Positions 41,147-49,325 of a stretch of 64,000 nucleotides of DNA are shown here, piece after piece. Source of the DNA: Gammaproteobacteria bacterium UBA6724 (lineage in GTDB: Bacteria > Pseudomonadota > Gammaproteobacteria > Pseudomonadales > Azotimanducaceae); the NCBI GenBank assembly GCA_002454165.1, contig DKIG01000040.1:18048-82047 (forward strand), in the 5' to 3' direction. The translations under genes and the position numbers were made by a program. Every line of letters starts with the position of its first letter. The stretch's first letter is position 1. The notes beneath the pieces were generated by a model. It saw only the letters and a list, made by a program, of their open reading frames with translations, was not told where the DNA came from and made no database searches.

Positions 41147-43009
41147 CTAGTCAGTCATGTCCTCGTATGGATTGTCCGGGGTCAGACTGATGTTAATTTT
41201 CTGTCCGGGTATGGAAATCTGCTCAGCAGTAATGCCGAGTGCTTCCCCTTCAATCACTCCGACACCGAAGTTATAAATGACGGAGTTTTCCCCCGCTAGC
41301 ATCGCATCGTCATAAGCCGCAATCTTTTCCCGGACTGTCTCGTTCTTCCGCCGGTGCTGCTTCAATTTGTTACGCCCGTGTTTTTTGGTCAGCATCCGGT
41401 TGACCACATGGGGTGCGAGTATGGCGGCAGTGGCGTTGTTACCACCGAAACCTTTGGAGTTGATGAACACAGAATCCATCGCCTCGGCATCAATTTCCCG
41501 GTGCTGCAATATAAAATCCAGATGACTTTGATGTACATCATCGGCGACCGCCGTTGAAGTCAGGATGCCGGGGATAATGCTCTGATGCCAGACTCCGATG
41601 GATGCAATCAACTGGTCTGCCGATGCACAGGCCAGGGAATGTCCGACATAAGCCTTGATAGCAGCGACCGGCCATTGAGTCAGTCCAAATGACTTCGCCA
41701 GTTCGTTAAAGATACGAGATTCTGTGATCCTGTTCTGAGGCGTACTCGTGCCGTGCGCCTGCACATAGGAACGATGTTTGAGGGATTCCTCCCCCAGAAT
41801 GGCACGGACAACCCCCATACTTTTGCCCACAGCGATATAGTTCCCTATGCCGGGTCCGGGGATTGATTTCTTGAAGCCGTCGGCGTTGATGAGTACATCA
41901 GCAACTGCGCCGTAGATATTTGCTCCCAATTCCAGTGCCAGTTCATCATCAAACAGCACAATAAATTGCGACGCTTCGGACAATGTAAAGCCACAGTTTT
42001 CCGCAAAGGGTCGGCAGGCACGCCTGTGGTCAGACTCACCCTGGGTCACGCCGTCAATTTTTTTCAAGGCTTCATCTTCCGCCAATGCTCCCATGGTGCG
42101 ATAACCCTCAATAACATCCGGGGTCAAGGGCGCCTCACTCGCACCCACCAGCACGGCACGGAACTTGCCAGAACGTATGTCCTGTATGCCTTGCCGAAGG
42201 TTGTAAAGGAAGGTGGCGCAGGCGCCGATGTTGGCACCGGTGGTACCCACATTACCCAGGATATAAGCGTTGACAAAATCGGCAGTCATTTCCGCCAATC
42301 CCAGCGGCAGATTTTTTGAACTGACCCGTTTGCCTATCAATCCGGCTTGCAACAAACCACCTGAGCCATTGGCATCAAGTTGCCCCATAGCACTGCTGGC
42401 GTAAACGGAAATTTGATCAGCCGGCACCCGTTTTTTGACCTCATCCCAGGAAATGCCCAGAGAGTTCAGCATGTCCGATGCAGCATATACAGTAAGTTGT
42501 AATCCCCTGGGATGGTTTCTGGATTGGTAGAGTTTTTCCGGTTCAAAGTTAGTCGGCAACTGCCCCGCCGCCAGGACGCGAGAGCAACGGGTATCATTGA
42601 ACAGCACATCAAGGTCGCCCGGTATGGTCACCTCAACACTGGCGTCGTCGTTGGTCTTAATCTGCCATGATGCTGGGATATTGTCTGGCAAGTCATATCT
42701 GCGGGTAGTAAATCTGACCGGGCGGGACGATGTACCTTTTAGTGCAGCCCTCTTGTGCAAATGAATGGCGTCGGCATCAAAGAGATTGGTTTCCAGCCGC
42801 CTGATAAGCGTGTGCTCCAGCATGAATTGCCGCGCCTCGTCCGTGCAGGAGTCCAACTGCTGCATCAAGGCAGCGAGTGAAGCGAAGGTCCTGTCGCGGG
42901 TTGGCGCATCCAAACTGTCAATCACCATGCGGTGATAGGCGTGATGCACCGAGCTGCGTCCAGCGGGATTTATCCCGCCAAAACCTACTATGACTGGCAG
43001 ATTTGACAA
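41147..43009 (-). CDS. fabY: FabY-type beta-ketoacyl-ACP synthase (initiating KAS I/II-domain enzyme)
   Basis: 620 aa. LPVIVGFGG.N.AGRSS.HH..RRMVI, GACATFLYNL (active-site Cys), VGHSL and INSKGFGGNNA match P. aeruginosa PA5174 as recalled. Confidence 0.8.
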   Translation of the reverse strand: MSNLPVIVGFGGINPAGRSSVHHAYHRMVIDSLDAPTRDRTFASLAALMQQLDSCTDEARQFMLEHTLIRRLETNLFDADAIHLHKRAALKGTSSRPVRFTTRRYDLPDNIPASWQIKTNDDASVEVTIPGDLDVLFNDTRCSRVLAAGQLPTNFEPEKLYQSRNHPRGLQLTVYAASDMLNSLGISWDEVKKRVPADQISVYASSAMGQLDANGSGGLLQAGLIGKRVSSKNLPLGLAEMTADFVNAYILGNVGTTGANIGACATFLYNLRQGIQDIRSGKFRAVLVGASEAPLTPDVIEGYRTMGALAEDEALKKIDGVTQGESDHRRACRPFAENCGFTLSEASQFIVLFDDELALELGANIYGAVADVLINADGFKKSIPGPGIGNYIAVGKSMGVVRAILGEESLKHRSYVQAHGTSTPQNRITESRIFNELAKSFGLTQWPVAAIKAYVGHSLACASADQLIASIGVWHQSIIPGILTSTAVADDVHQSHLDFILQHREIDAEAMDSVFINSKGFGGNNATAAILAPHVVNRMLTKKHGRNKLKQHRRKNETVREKIAAYDDAMLAGENSVIYNFGVGVIEGEALGITAEQISIPGQKINISLTPDNPYEDMTD

Positions 43010-43227
43010 GTGCGAGTCCTGAAAGTGAAGAGGAGCCTGCCGCTATTTTATGTTTATATGCTGAATAAATACTACCCTAAGCTGTTTGCTCCCGCCATTT
43101 CTGCCTTATCCCTTGCCTGCCGTCCCCGTCCTGCACCCATTAGCCCTATAGAAAAATGCGCGGGAAGGGAATTTTCCAGTAATTTTCATCACGAGCGATT
43201 AGCTTGTTGATATTCTTTGTGCGCGGT

Positions 43228-44187
43228 TTATTCAACCGTTTTCACTTTGAGTTTTTCCCGAATATGTTTAGTCGGGTCTTCGATAATTTTGTCATATTCA
43301 GATTTATGCACTTGACCAGCATTAATATCAGTATTCAGTCGCTTGATAAATGACGCAAAATCTTTATTGGCCCTGCACAGTTTATCCATCGTGTCCCAAT
43401 CCATTTTTCCGCGGTTTGTGGCATCAAACATCACGCGAGAAGAATGAATGTCTGCGATATTCAAATGAATGATGCCGATGCCAAATGCGTTGGTCAGTCG
43501 CGCCAACTCCCGATGGAGCTCGTCGTCCTCGGATATTTCCGCCGCAACGAGATAACCCTCGTGCGCCCAGGATGAATTGGACACTGCTTGGAAAAAATAC
43601 TCCCTGTAGTTTCCCTTGCTTATTGATTTTTTCAATTCAAATGAAAATGTTTGGACAGAGTCCGAGTTCAGCGATTTCCCCAACTCTATGACGCTCTTGT
43701 CAAAATCCTCAAAAGGAAAATACACGCCGACCATATCCGGGTGCAACCATTCCTTGAGAGATTTTCCTCGTGATATATGATGCACTATGGTTTTGGTGTA
43801 AATCTCTTTCTCACCGAAAAACTCAGAGTTGGTGGCAACAAAATAAGCGAGCAATGGATGCAGGTCTTTCTCCAAATAGCTTTTTTCTACGGCAGGCTTG
43901 TCATTCAATTCATCTACTTCGCTTACTTCTTCAATCTCGTGCTTACGACTTTTCAAGAAGTAGCGATATGGGCGCGTGCCCACTCTAACAAATCTGGGTT
44001 TATCGGAATTATGGAGAATTTCTATAGAGAGTGATGCACTCAGCGTAGCCCATGGCGTTGCGCCTTCTGAGCCCACTTTCACATCCAATCCGCGCTCTTT
44101 TGCTCGCGTCCAGATTTCTTTGTAGGTGAGCGGGCGAGATGTCTCTTTCAGCACCTCCTCCGCTAAGTCTAAAAATGAATAGGACAT
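43228..44187 (-). CDS. HARE-HTH domain protein with a C-terminal PD-(D/E)xK nuclease-fold domain (COG2958-like)
   Basis: The N-terminus (SFLDLAEEVLKETSRPLTYKEIW..A......GATPWATLSASL) is a HARE-type winged helix. Downstream are HPDMVGV...FSFELKK (a D..ExK core). GAGGAG lies 8 nt upstream of ATG 44187. The gene is AT-richer than its neighbours. Confidence 0.55.
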   Translation of the reverse strand: MSYSFLDLAEEVLKETSRPLTYKEIWTRAKERGLDVKVGSEGATPWATLSASLSIEILHNSDKPRFVRVGTRPYRYFLKSRKHEIEEVSEVDELNDKPAVEKSYLEKDLHPLLAYFVATNSEFFGEKEIYTKTIVHHISRGKSLKEWLHPDMVGVYFPFEDFDKSVIELGKSLNSDSVQTFSFELKKSISKGNYREYFFQAVSNSSWAHEGYLVAAEISEDDELHRELARLTNAFGIGIIHLNIADIHSSRVMFDATNRGKMDWDTMDKLCRANKDFASFIKRLNTDINAGQVHKSEYDKIIEDPTKHIREKLKVKTVE

Positions 44188-44384
44188 AATTTTGTCTCCT
44201 CGCTTCAATGTTTATACGAACAAATAATACTTAACAACCACACGGGAACCGATTTATCCACCAAAGCATTTTACGATGCTTTTTAATAAAATTATCTGCA
44301 CAATTTTCCATGATATTTTCTTTGTCAAAATTCAATGCGCAAGTGTAACATTCCAAGTATTAGGAAAACCCAGAGAACAGCGCC

Positions 44385-45554
44385 ATGAATAATGTGGAAG
44401 CATTTGACCAGTGGATTCGCAACAATTTTGTGCAGATGAACACTGAATTGGAGACATTGTATTTCTCGCAAGCCGATCCTTCTGCGGTGGATGAAGTAGA
44501 TTCACCAATCAAGTCACAACTGGTAGCGGATGGGCTCATTCACATCAAGGTGCTGTTAAAGGAGGGCAATACAGACGAGGGTACTGATGCCAATTTTGAC
44601 CTGCTCGGTAATGTTGGTCTCTATATGGCAGCCTGTCGGCGCCACGAAATTACCGAACCTTCCCGGGAAACCACTTCACCACTGGTGGAAGCCTCCACCC
44701 TGGCACTGCATCTGGGCTCATGTCTGGGAGTGACGCCACGTTTTGCCACCAGTCACCTGGCAACCCACAACCGTGCCATCCGTAGTCGTTTTAAAAGTTT
44801 CACCTCTCTGGATGCAGAGATCCTGTTCCTCAACTACAACACCCGTGGTGTCTTCGCCTATAAACGCGCGGCAGACGCTCTGGTTCGTATTCTTCCGTTG
44901 GGAATCTCCCATCCGGTAGCCTACGATTTATTAAATGATGCAAAAAATGCTCTGCAGGATGTGATCAAGTGGAATGATATTCTGTACGCCCAGCTGGATA
45001 TAGATCGATTCTTTTACTGCGTGCGCCCTTATTACAAGCCCTACCGTGTGGGTCAGAACGAATATCGCGGCGCCAATGCCGGTGATTTTTCCGGTATCAA
45101 TGAAATCGACTTACTGCTGGGTCTGTGCAATGCCAACAATATTTCCTACGGGCAACTGCTGGTGGATAAATTCCTCTACATGATGCCCGAGGACCAACGC
45201 CGACTGCGCGATGTGATGCGTCGCCGTAGTCTGCTGGATTGTCTGCTTGATGAGATGGCAAGTTGCAAGAATGACACTTGGTTTCAGGAGAATGCCAAAG
45301 TCTTCCTTGAGGTATGCGAGGCACATGGTCAGACCGCGGCGCAACATCACAACCAGTTGGTCAGCAAATATATCAAGGGTCCGGCTGATAAACTGGGGCA
45401 GACGCAGTTGAAGAATATCACTGCCAGTGGACCTCCGCTGGATGTCTTGTTGCGCTCTCTGGAAAAACTCCGTGACCTGCGCATGGCTACTGTACGGGAC
45501 GATATTCCCAGCCGCTATCAAGATTTCCAAATGTTGCGGGATTGCATTCGGTAG
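44385..45554 (+). CDS. PrnB-family (DUF1864, IDO/TDO-like heme enzyme) protein
   Basis: The segment VRPYYKPYRVGQNEYRGANAGDFSGINEIDLLLG parallels the P. fluorescens PrnB segment [34 protein letters not shown] as recalled. The length of ~390 aa is similar. Confidence 0.5.
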   Translation: MNNVEAFDQWIRNNFVQMNTELETLYFSQADPSAVDEVDSPIKSQLVADGLIHIKVLLKEGNTDEGTDANFDLLGNVGLYMAACRRHEITEPSRETTSPLVEASTLALHLGSCLGVTPRFATSHLATHNRAIRSRFKSFTSLDAEILFLNYNTRGVFAYKRAADALVRILPLGISHPVAYDLLNDAKNALQDVIKWNDILYAQLDIDRFFYCVRPYYKPYRVGQNEYRGANAGDFSGINEIDLLLGLCNANNISYGQLLVDKFLYMMPEDQRRLRDVMRRRSLLDCLLDEMASCKNDTWFQENAKVFLEVCEAHGQTAAQHHNQLVSKYIKGPADKLGQTQLKNITASGPPLDVLLRSLEKLRDLRMATVRDDIPSRYQDFQMLRDCIR

Positions 45555-45575
45555 GTTGCCACCCAAACTCCAAGA

Positions 45576-46508
45576 TCAAAAGTAATACTTCAATCCGATG
45601 CTCAGTGCCCGGTAATCTATGTCGTCAAACTTTTGTTTGGTGGTAAACGGCGTCCCATCTGCTCGGACGGGGGCATGATCTCTGATAAGGTCCCACACAT
45701 CTTCATCTTCAATATCCGAGAAACTGACCCAACGCCCCTGAATCCCCACGGAGACCGTTTCCGTAAGAGCGTAATCCATGCCGCCAAGAATCTGGAAGCC
45801 GAAAGCCGTATCGGAAATATCGGTGTCAATACGACTGCTGGTGCCAGCGGCGGCTGGCGGTTTATCGGCGGGGTAGCCCTGGGCGATTGTTTTGCGCAAA
45901 AAGAGACTGTTATAACGCAGTTGAGTACGAGTCCAACCCGCGCCAGCGCCCACATAGGGCGTCCATCTGGAGTCGCTCACAAAATCGTAATAAACATTCA
46001 CGAAAAACTGATGAGCGCGAAAATCTGATACCCTCTCCATTGGCGGATCAATCGTGCTCCACTCGGAGTTTTTGCTCTGCAACGCGGTGTTCCCACCCGG
46101 GGCGCCAAAGGGATTACCATCACCATCATGGGAGCGATGCAGGTACTCAAACTCAAAGCGAAACCTGTTCATTATATACCCTGCGCTGAACCCGCCCGTA
46201 AACCCTGTCCCCATATCAAAAGCATTTTGAAGCAGGGGACGCACGCCGCCAACCTGGCAGTCGTCGTGAGTTAGCGCCACCACATTTGTCTCATCCGTCT
46301 CTCTGAGCAACTGGTCGCATTGCGTCGGATGATTAATCCCTGAGATCATGGAATCCAATTCTTCGGGAAACGCAAATCCCACCTCAATACCAGCATAGTA
46401 TCTCCCTCGGCTGGCATAGGCATGGACCACACACGTAGTTGCAAGCACACAGAAACCCAAGGTCATAGCGAGCAAGTTGCGAGGCGTTAAAAACATCGCA
46501 TTTTTCAT
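45576..46508 (-). CDS. Outer-membrane beta-barrel protein
   Basis: It has a signal peptide, alternating amphipathic strands rich in Gly/Tyr/Phe, and a C-terminal LKYYF ending in Phe. Confidence 0.65.
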   Translation of the reverse strand: MKNAMFLTPRNLLAMTLGFCVLATTCVVHAYASRGRYYAGIEVGFAFPEELDSMISGINHPTQCDQLLRETDETNVVALTHDDCQVGGVRPLLQNAFDMGTGFTGGFSAGYIMNRFRFEFEYLHRSHDGDGNPFGAPGGNTALQSKNSEWSTIDPPMERVSDFRAHQFFVNVYYDFVSDSRWTPYVGAGAGWTRTQLRYNSLFLRKTIAQGYPADKPPAAAGTSSRIDTDISDTAFGFQILGGMDYALTETVSVGIQGRWVSFSDIEDEDVWDLIRDHAPVRADGTPFTTKQKFDDIDYRALSIGLKYYF

Positions 46509-46768
46509 CAGTCAGCCCCTTGTAGGTAGAGTTTAGGTCTTCTATGCCAACAAGCCTGTTAGAAACTATGTAAATGCCTGCGTCCTTGATTTTCTATGTT
46601 TGGATTCCTGTTACCCTCGGCATGACGGACGGGACAACCGCCTGGCGACACAACACCACCAAACCATCATCATCGTCATCACCAGGGTGGTGCCTGCTAG
46701 ACTTGGTATGAAGATTTGGTTTAGTGTATCGGGACTGCCTGTGCATCGGCTGTCATGTGGAGCCAATT

Positions 46769-48430
46769 ATGAGGAATTCCTCCTTGCTCAAAAACATCCT
46801 GATCCCTTCTCGTTTTATTGCGCTACTTGTCATGTCTGGCGTCATGTTCACCAGTGCCGAGCTTCATGCGCGTGAGCCAAGTCTGGTGGTGCTGGTGGCA
46901 GTGGACCAGTTGATTCCCGACAGGCTGACAGCAAGTCTGCCAGGTGGGCTTGGACGGTTGATGAGAGAAGGCTACATCTACACCAACGCAACGCTTGACC
47001 ACGGTATTACTAGTACCTGCCCGGGCCATGTGGCGATGGCGACTGGCGTGAATCCCGGCAAGGCAGGCATACCCGGCAATAGTTACATTGATCCTGCCGA
47101 GTGGCGGAAAAGATATTGTGTTGATGATGATAAGGATGCTTATGCGGTGCTTGGTGGTAAGGATAACCGCTCCCCGGAGGCTATGTTGGCGACGTCTCTG
47201 GGGGACTGGTTGAAGCAATCCGTACCCGAATCCAGAGTATTTTCCGTATCAGGTAAGGACAGGGCGGCGATTGCACTCGGCGGTCACCAAGCGGATGGCG
47301 TTTTCTGGTTTGACCGGTCTCAAAGCAGATTTACCAGTTCCAAATACTATGTTGATGCCTTGCCCGCCTACGTCCAGTCATTTAACGGCACGGATTTTTT
47401 TGTTGATGGTTTTGGCGGTGACTTCCCCGCTACCTGGACGCATGGCCCGGGTAGCAAAAGACCTGACGACTTTCCGGGTGAATCGCAAAGCAGAGGTCGC
47501 GTTTCCGGGCATATATTGAATGTTGGCGAAGGTGCTGAGCGGGCGGGAAACGTTTATTTTTCCCCCTGGATTGATCTGGCGACCCTGGCTCTGGCAAAGC
47601 GGATCCTGGTGGAGGAACAACTTGGTAAGGGCGATGCCACAGATATGCTGGCGGTGTCCTTCTCCGCCACCGACACAGTGGGACATCTGTATGGACCCTA
47701 CAGTGCCGAATCCGAAGACACCCTGGCAAGACTGGATAAGGAACTGGGTGATTTTCTGGAGTTTCTAGATGCCGAGACAGGGGCAAGAGGATATCTGCTT
47801 GCATTGTCATCGGATCATGGGGTGTTACCCTTGCCAGAATGGTTACAGAAGAATAATCAGCATGCATGCCCGGTTGAACCGGGACGCATGGACATGGAGG
47901 CGTTTGGTTTCTGGAACTACTGGCATATCTTCTGGAATTTTACCCGACCATTTGAGAAACCTTCCCGTCTGGTGGATTTTTCCCTCGGGCAGGTCACCGT
48001 CAACAAACACTATGCGAAGGAACTGGGCGTTGAAGTGAGTGCAGTGGTTGCCTCCCTGGAGCGTTACCTTGAAGCACAGCCTAGCATTGCCGAGGCATGG
48101 ACATTATCTGAAATTTTGAATAGCAACAGTGACCTGGCACGGCTGTATCGCAACTCTCTGGTGCCCGGCAAGTCTGGCGACCTTTTTATCCAGATAGAGG
48201 AATCCTGCCTTCTGTGGTTTGAGGAGGGTACGACCCACGGTTCTCCCTATTTGTATGATCGCCAGGTGCCCCTGATATTTTTTGGCAAGGGCATTAGGCC
48301 AGGGCAAAGCGATGCTCCTGTCCATACCATTGATCTTGCACCAACCCTGGCGCAGCTTTTGAAGCTTAGAGTACCAGAAGACCTGGAAGGGCAAGCACTG
48401 GTGTTACCCACTGGTGATGAAGCATTGTGA
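46769..48430 (+). CDS. Secreted alkaline phosphatase/nucleotide pyrophosphatase-phosphodiesterase superfamily enzyme
   Basis: Sec signal peptide from ATG 46769, with GGAG 5 nt upstream. Metal ligands are VAVDQL, SATDTVGH and LSSDHG, and the nucleophile Thr is in TSTCPGH. Confidence 0.75.
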   Translation: MRNSSLLKNILIPSRFIALLVMSGVMFTSAELHAREPSLVVLVAVDQLIPDRLTASLPGGLGRLMREGYIYTNATLDHGITSTCPGHVAMATGVNPGKAGIPGNSYIDPAEWRKRYCVDDDKDAYAVLGGKDNRSPEAMLATSLGDWLKQSVPESRVFSVSGKDRAAIALGGHQADGVFWFDRSQSRFTSSKYYVDALPAYVQSFNGTDFFVDGFGGDFPATWTHGPGSKRPDDFPGESQSRGRVSGHILNVGEGAERAGNVYFSPWIDLATLALAKRILVEEQLGKGDATDMLAVSFSATDTVGHLYGPYSAESEDTLARLDKELGDFLEFLDAETGARGYLLALSSDHGVLPLPEWLQKNNQHACPVEPGRMDMEAFGFWNYWHIFWNFTRPFEKPSRLVDFSLGQVTVNKHYAKELGVEVSAVVASLERYLEAQPSIAEAWTLSEILNSNSDLARLYRNSLVPGKSGDLFIQIEESCLLWFEEGTTHGSPYLYDRQVPLIFFGKGIRPGQSDAPVHTIDLAPTLAQLLKLRVPEDLEGQALVLPTGDEAL

Positions 48431-48467
48431 GATACATTGTGAATAGCGCCTGCCGCCCCGATTCTTC

Positions 48468-48518
48468 GAGTAACAAATGGCTTTGAGTAACAAACGGCTT
48501 TGAGTGATGAACGGCTTT
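48468..48518 (+). repeat. Three tandem 17-nt repeats spanning the cysZ start codon
   Basis: The copies read gagtaacaaatggcttt, gagtaacaaacggcttt and gagtgatgaacggcttt. A fourth partial copy, aacggctttg, lies at 48531-48540. The third copy contains GTG 48504 and ATG 48507. Confidence 0.8.
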
Positions 48519-49202
48519 GACTGTTTCCTTAACGGCTTTGCACTGATTATCAAGCCGGGGCTACGGCGGTTTTTCATCATGCCGATAATCATCAATTCGC
48601 TGGTGCTAATCGCGCTGGTTGCTACTTCCTATGTCTATTTTGATGATTGGATTGAAGCGATCATGGCGGTGTTTCCAGACTGGGCGACTTGGCTCCACTG
48701 GCTGATCCGGGCCATGGCCTTCATCATCCTGCTGGTGCTGCTCTATTACGGCTTCACCTTCCTGGCAAATCTCATTGCCGCCCCTTTTAATGCCATGCTA
48801 TCTGTTAAGGTAGAGGAAACCCTGACGGAGAGAGTGCCGAGCTCTGCCCTACCGGTCTGGCGGGCGGTGGCGAGGGAATTTAGCAAACTGTTTTATGTGC
48901 TACCGAGGTTGTTGTTGCTTCTTATTCTTACATTCATCCCTGTGATCAATCTCGTTTCACCCTTGCTGTGGATCCTGTTCAGCATTTGGATGGCGGCTAT
49001 TCAATATACCGACTACGGCGCAGACAATAACGGCTTGTCATTCAAGGAATTGCGCAACCGGGTCGGGAAGAAACGTTTACACGCCCTGGCATTCGGTGCG
49101 CCCATCTGGCTCTTACTGGCTGTGCCGGTAGTAAACCTGATACTCATGCCCGCAGGTGTCGCTGGGGGGACGCGATTTTGGGTGGAGCATCTGCGCTCAT
49201 AA
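48504..49202 (+). CDS. cysZ: Sulfate transporter CysZ
   Basis: PGLRRFFIMPIIIN, FPDWATWL, IAAPFN and AIQYTDY align to E. coli CysZ as recalled. Confidence 0.85.
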   Translation: MMNGFDCFLNGFALIIKPGLRRFFIMPIIINSLVLIALVATSYVYFDDWIEAIMAVFPDWATWLHWLIRAMAFIILLVLLYYGFTFLANLIAAPFNAMLSVKVEETLTERVPSSALPVWRAVAREFSKLFYVLPRLLLLLILTFIPVINLVSPLLWILFSIWMAAIQYTDYGADNNGLSFKELRNRVGKKRLHALAFGAPIWLLLAVPVVNLILMPAGVAGGTRFWVEHLRS

Positions 49203-49325
49203 CATAGCTACTCAGCCCATCGTGCCAGGAGAAGTGTCCAGCACCAGACTTCACGAGCACCCTCTTAGCAGGAGAGGAGTGGCATAATGGAAGACACCTC
49301 CTAGGACCTATAACCAGACACGGCA

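Noticed and set aside
46739-46756. Pho-box-like direct repeat CTGTGCA-tcgg-CTGTCAT just upstream of the alkaline-phosphatase-family gene
   Set aside because: The sequence match to CTGTCAT-N4-CTGTCAT is good. However, it ends only 12 nt before the ATG that provides a proper signal peptide, and only 3 nt before its GGAG RBS. That leaves no room for a -10 element and leader. It may still be worth testing by PhoB EMSA or transcription-start mapping, but I cannot support it as the promoter.
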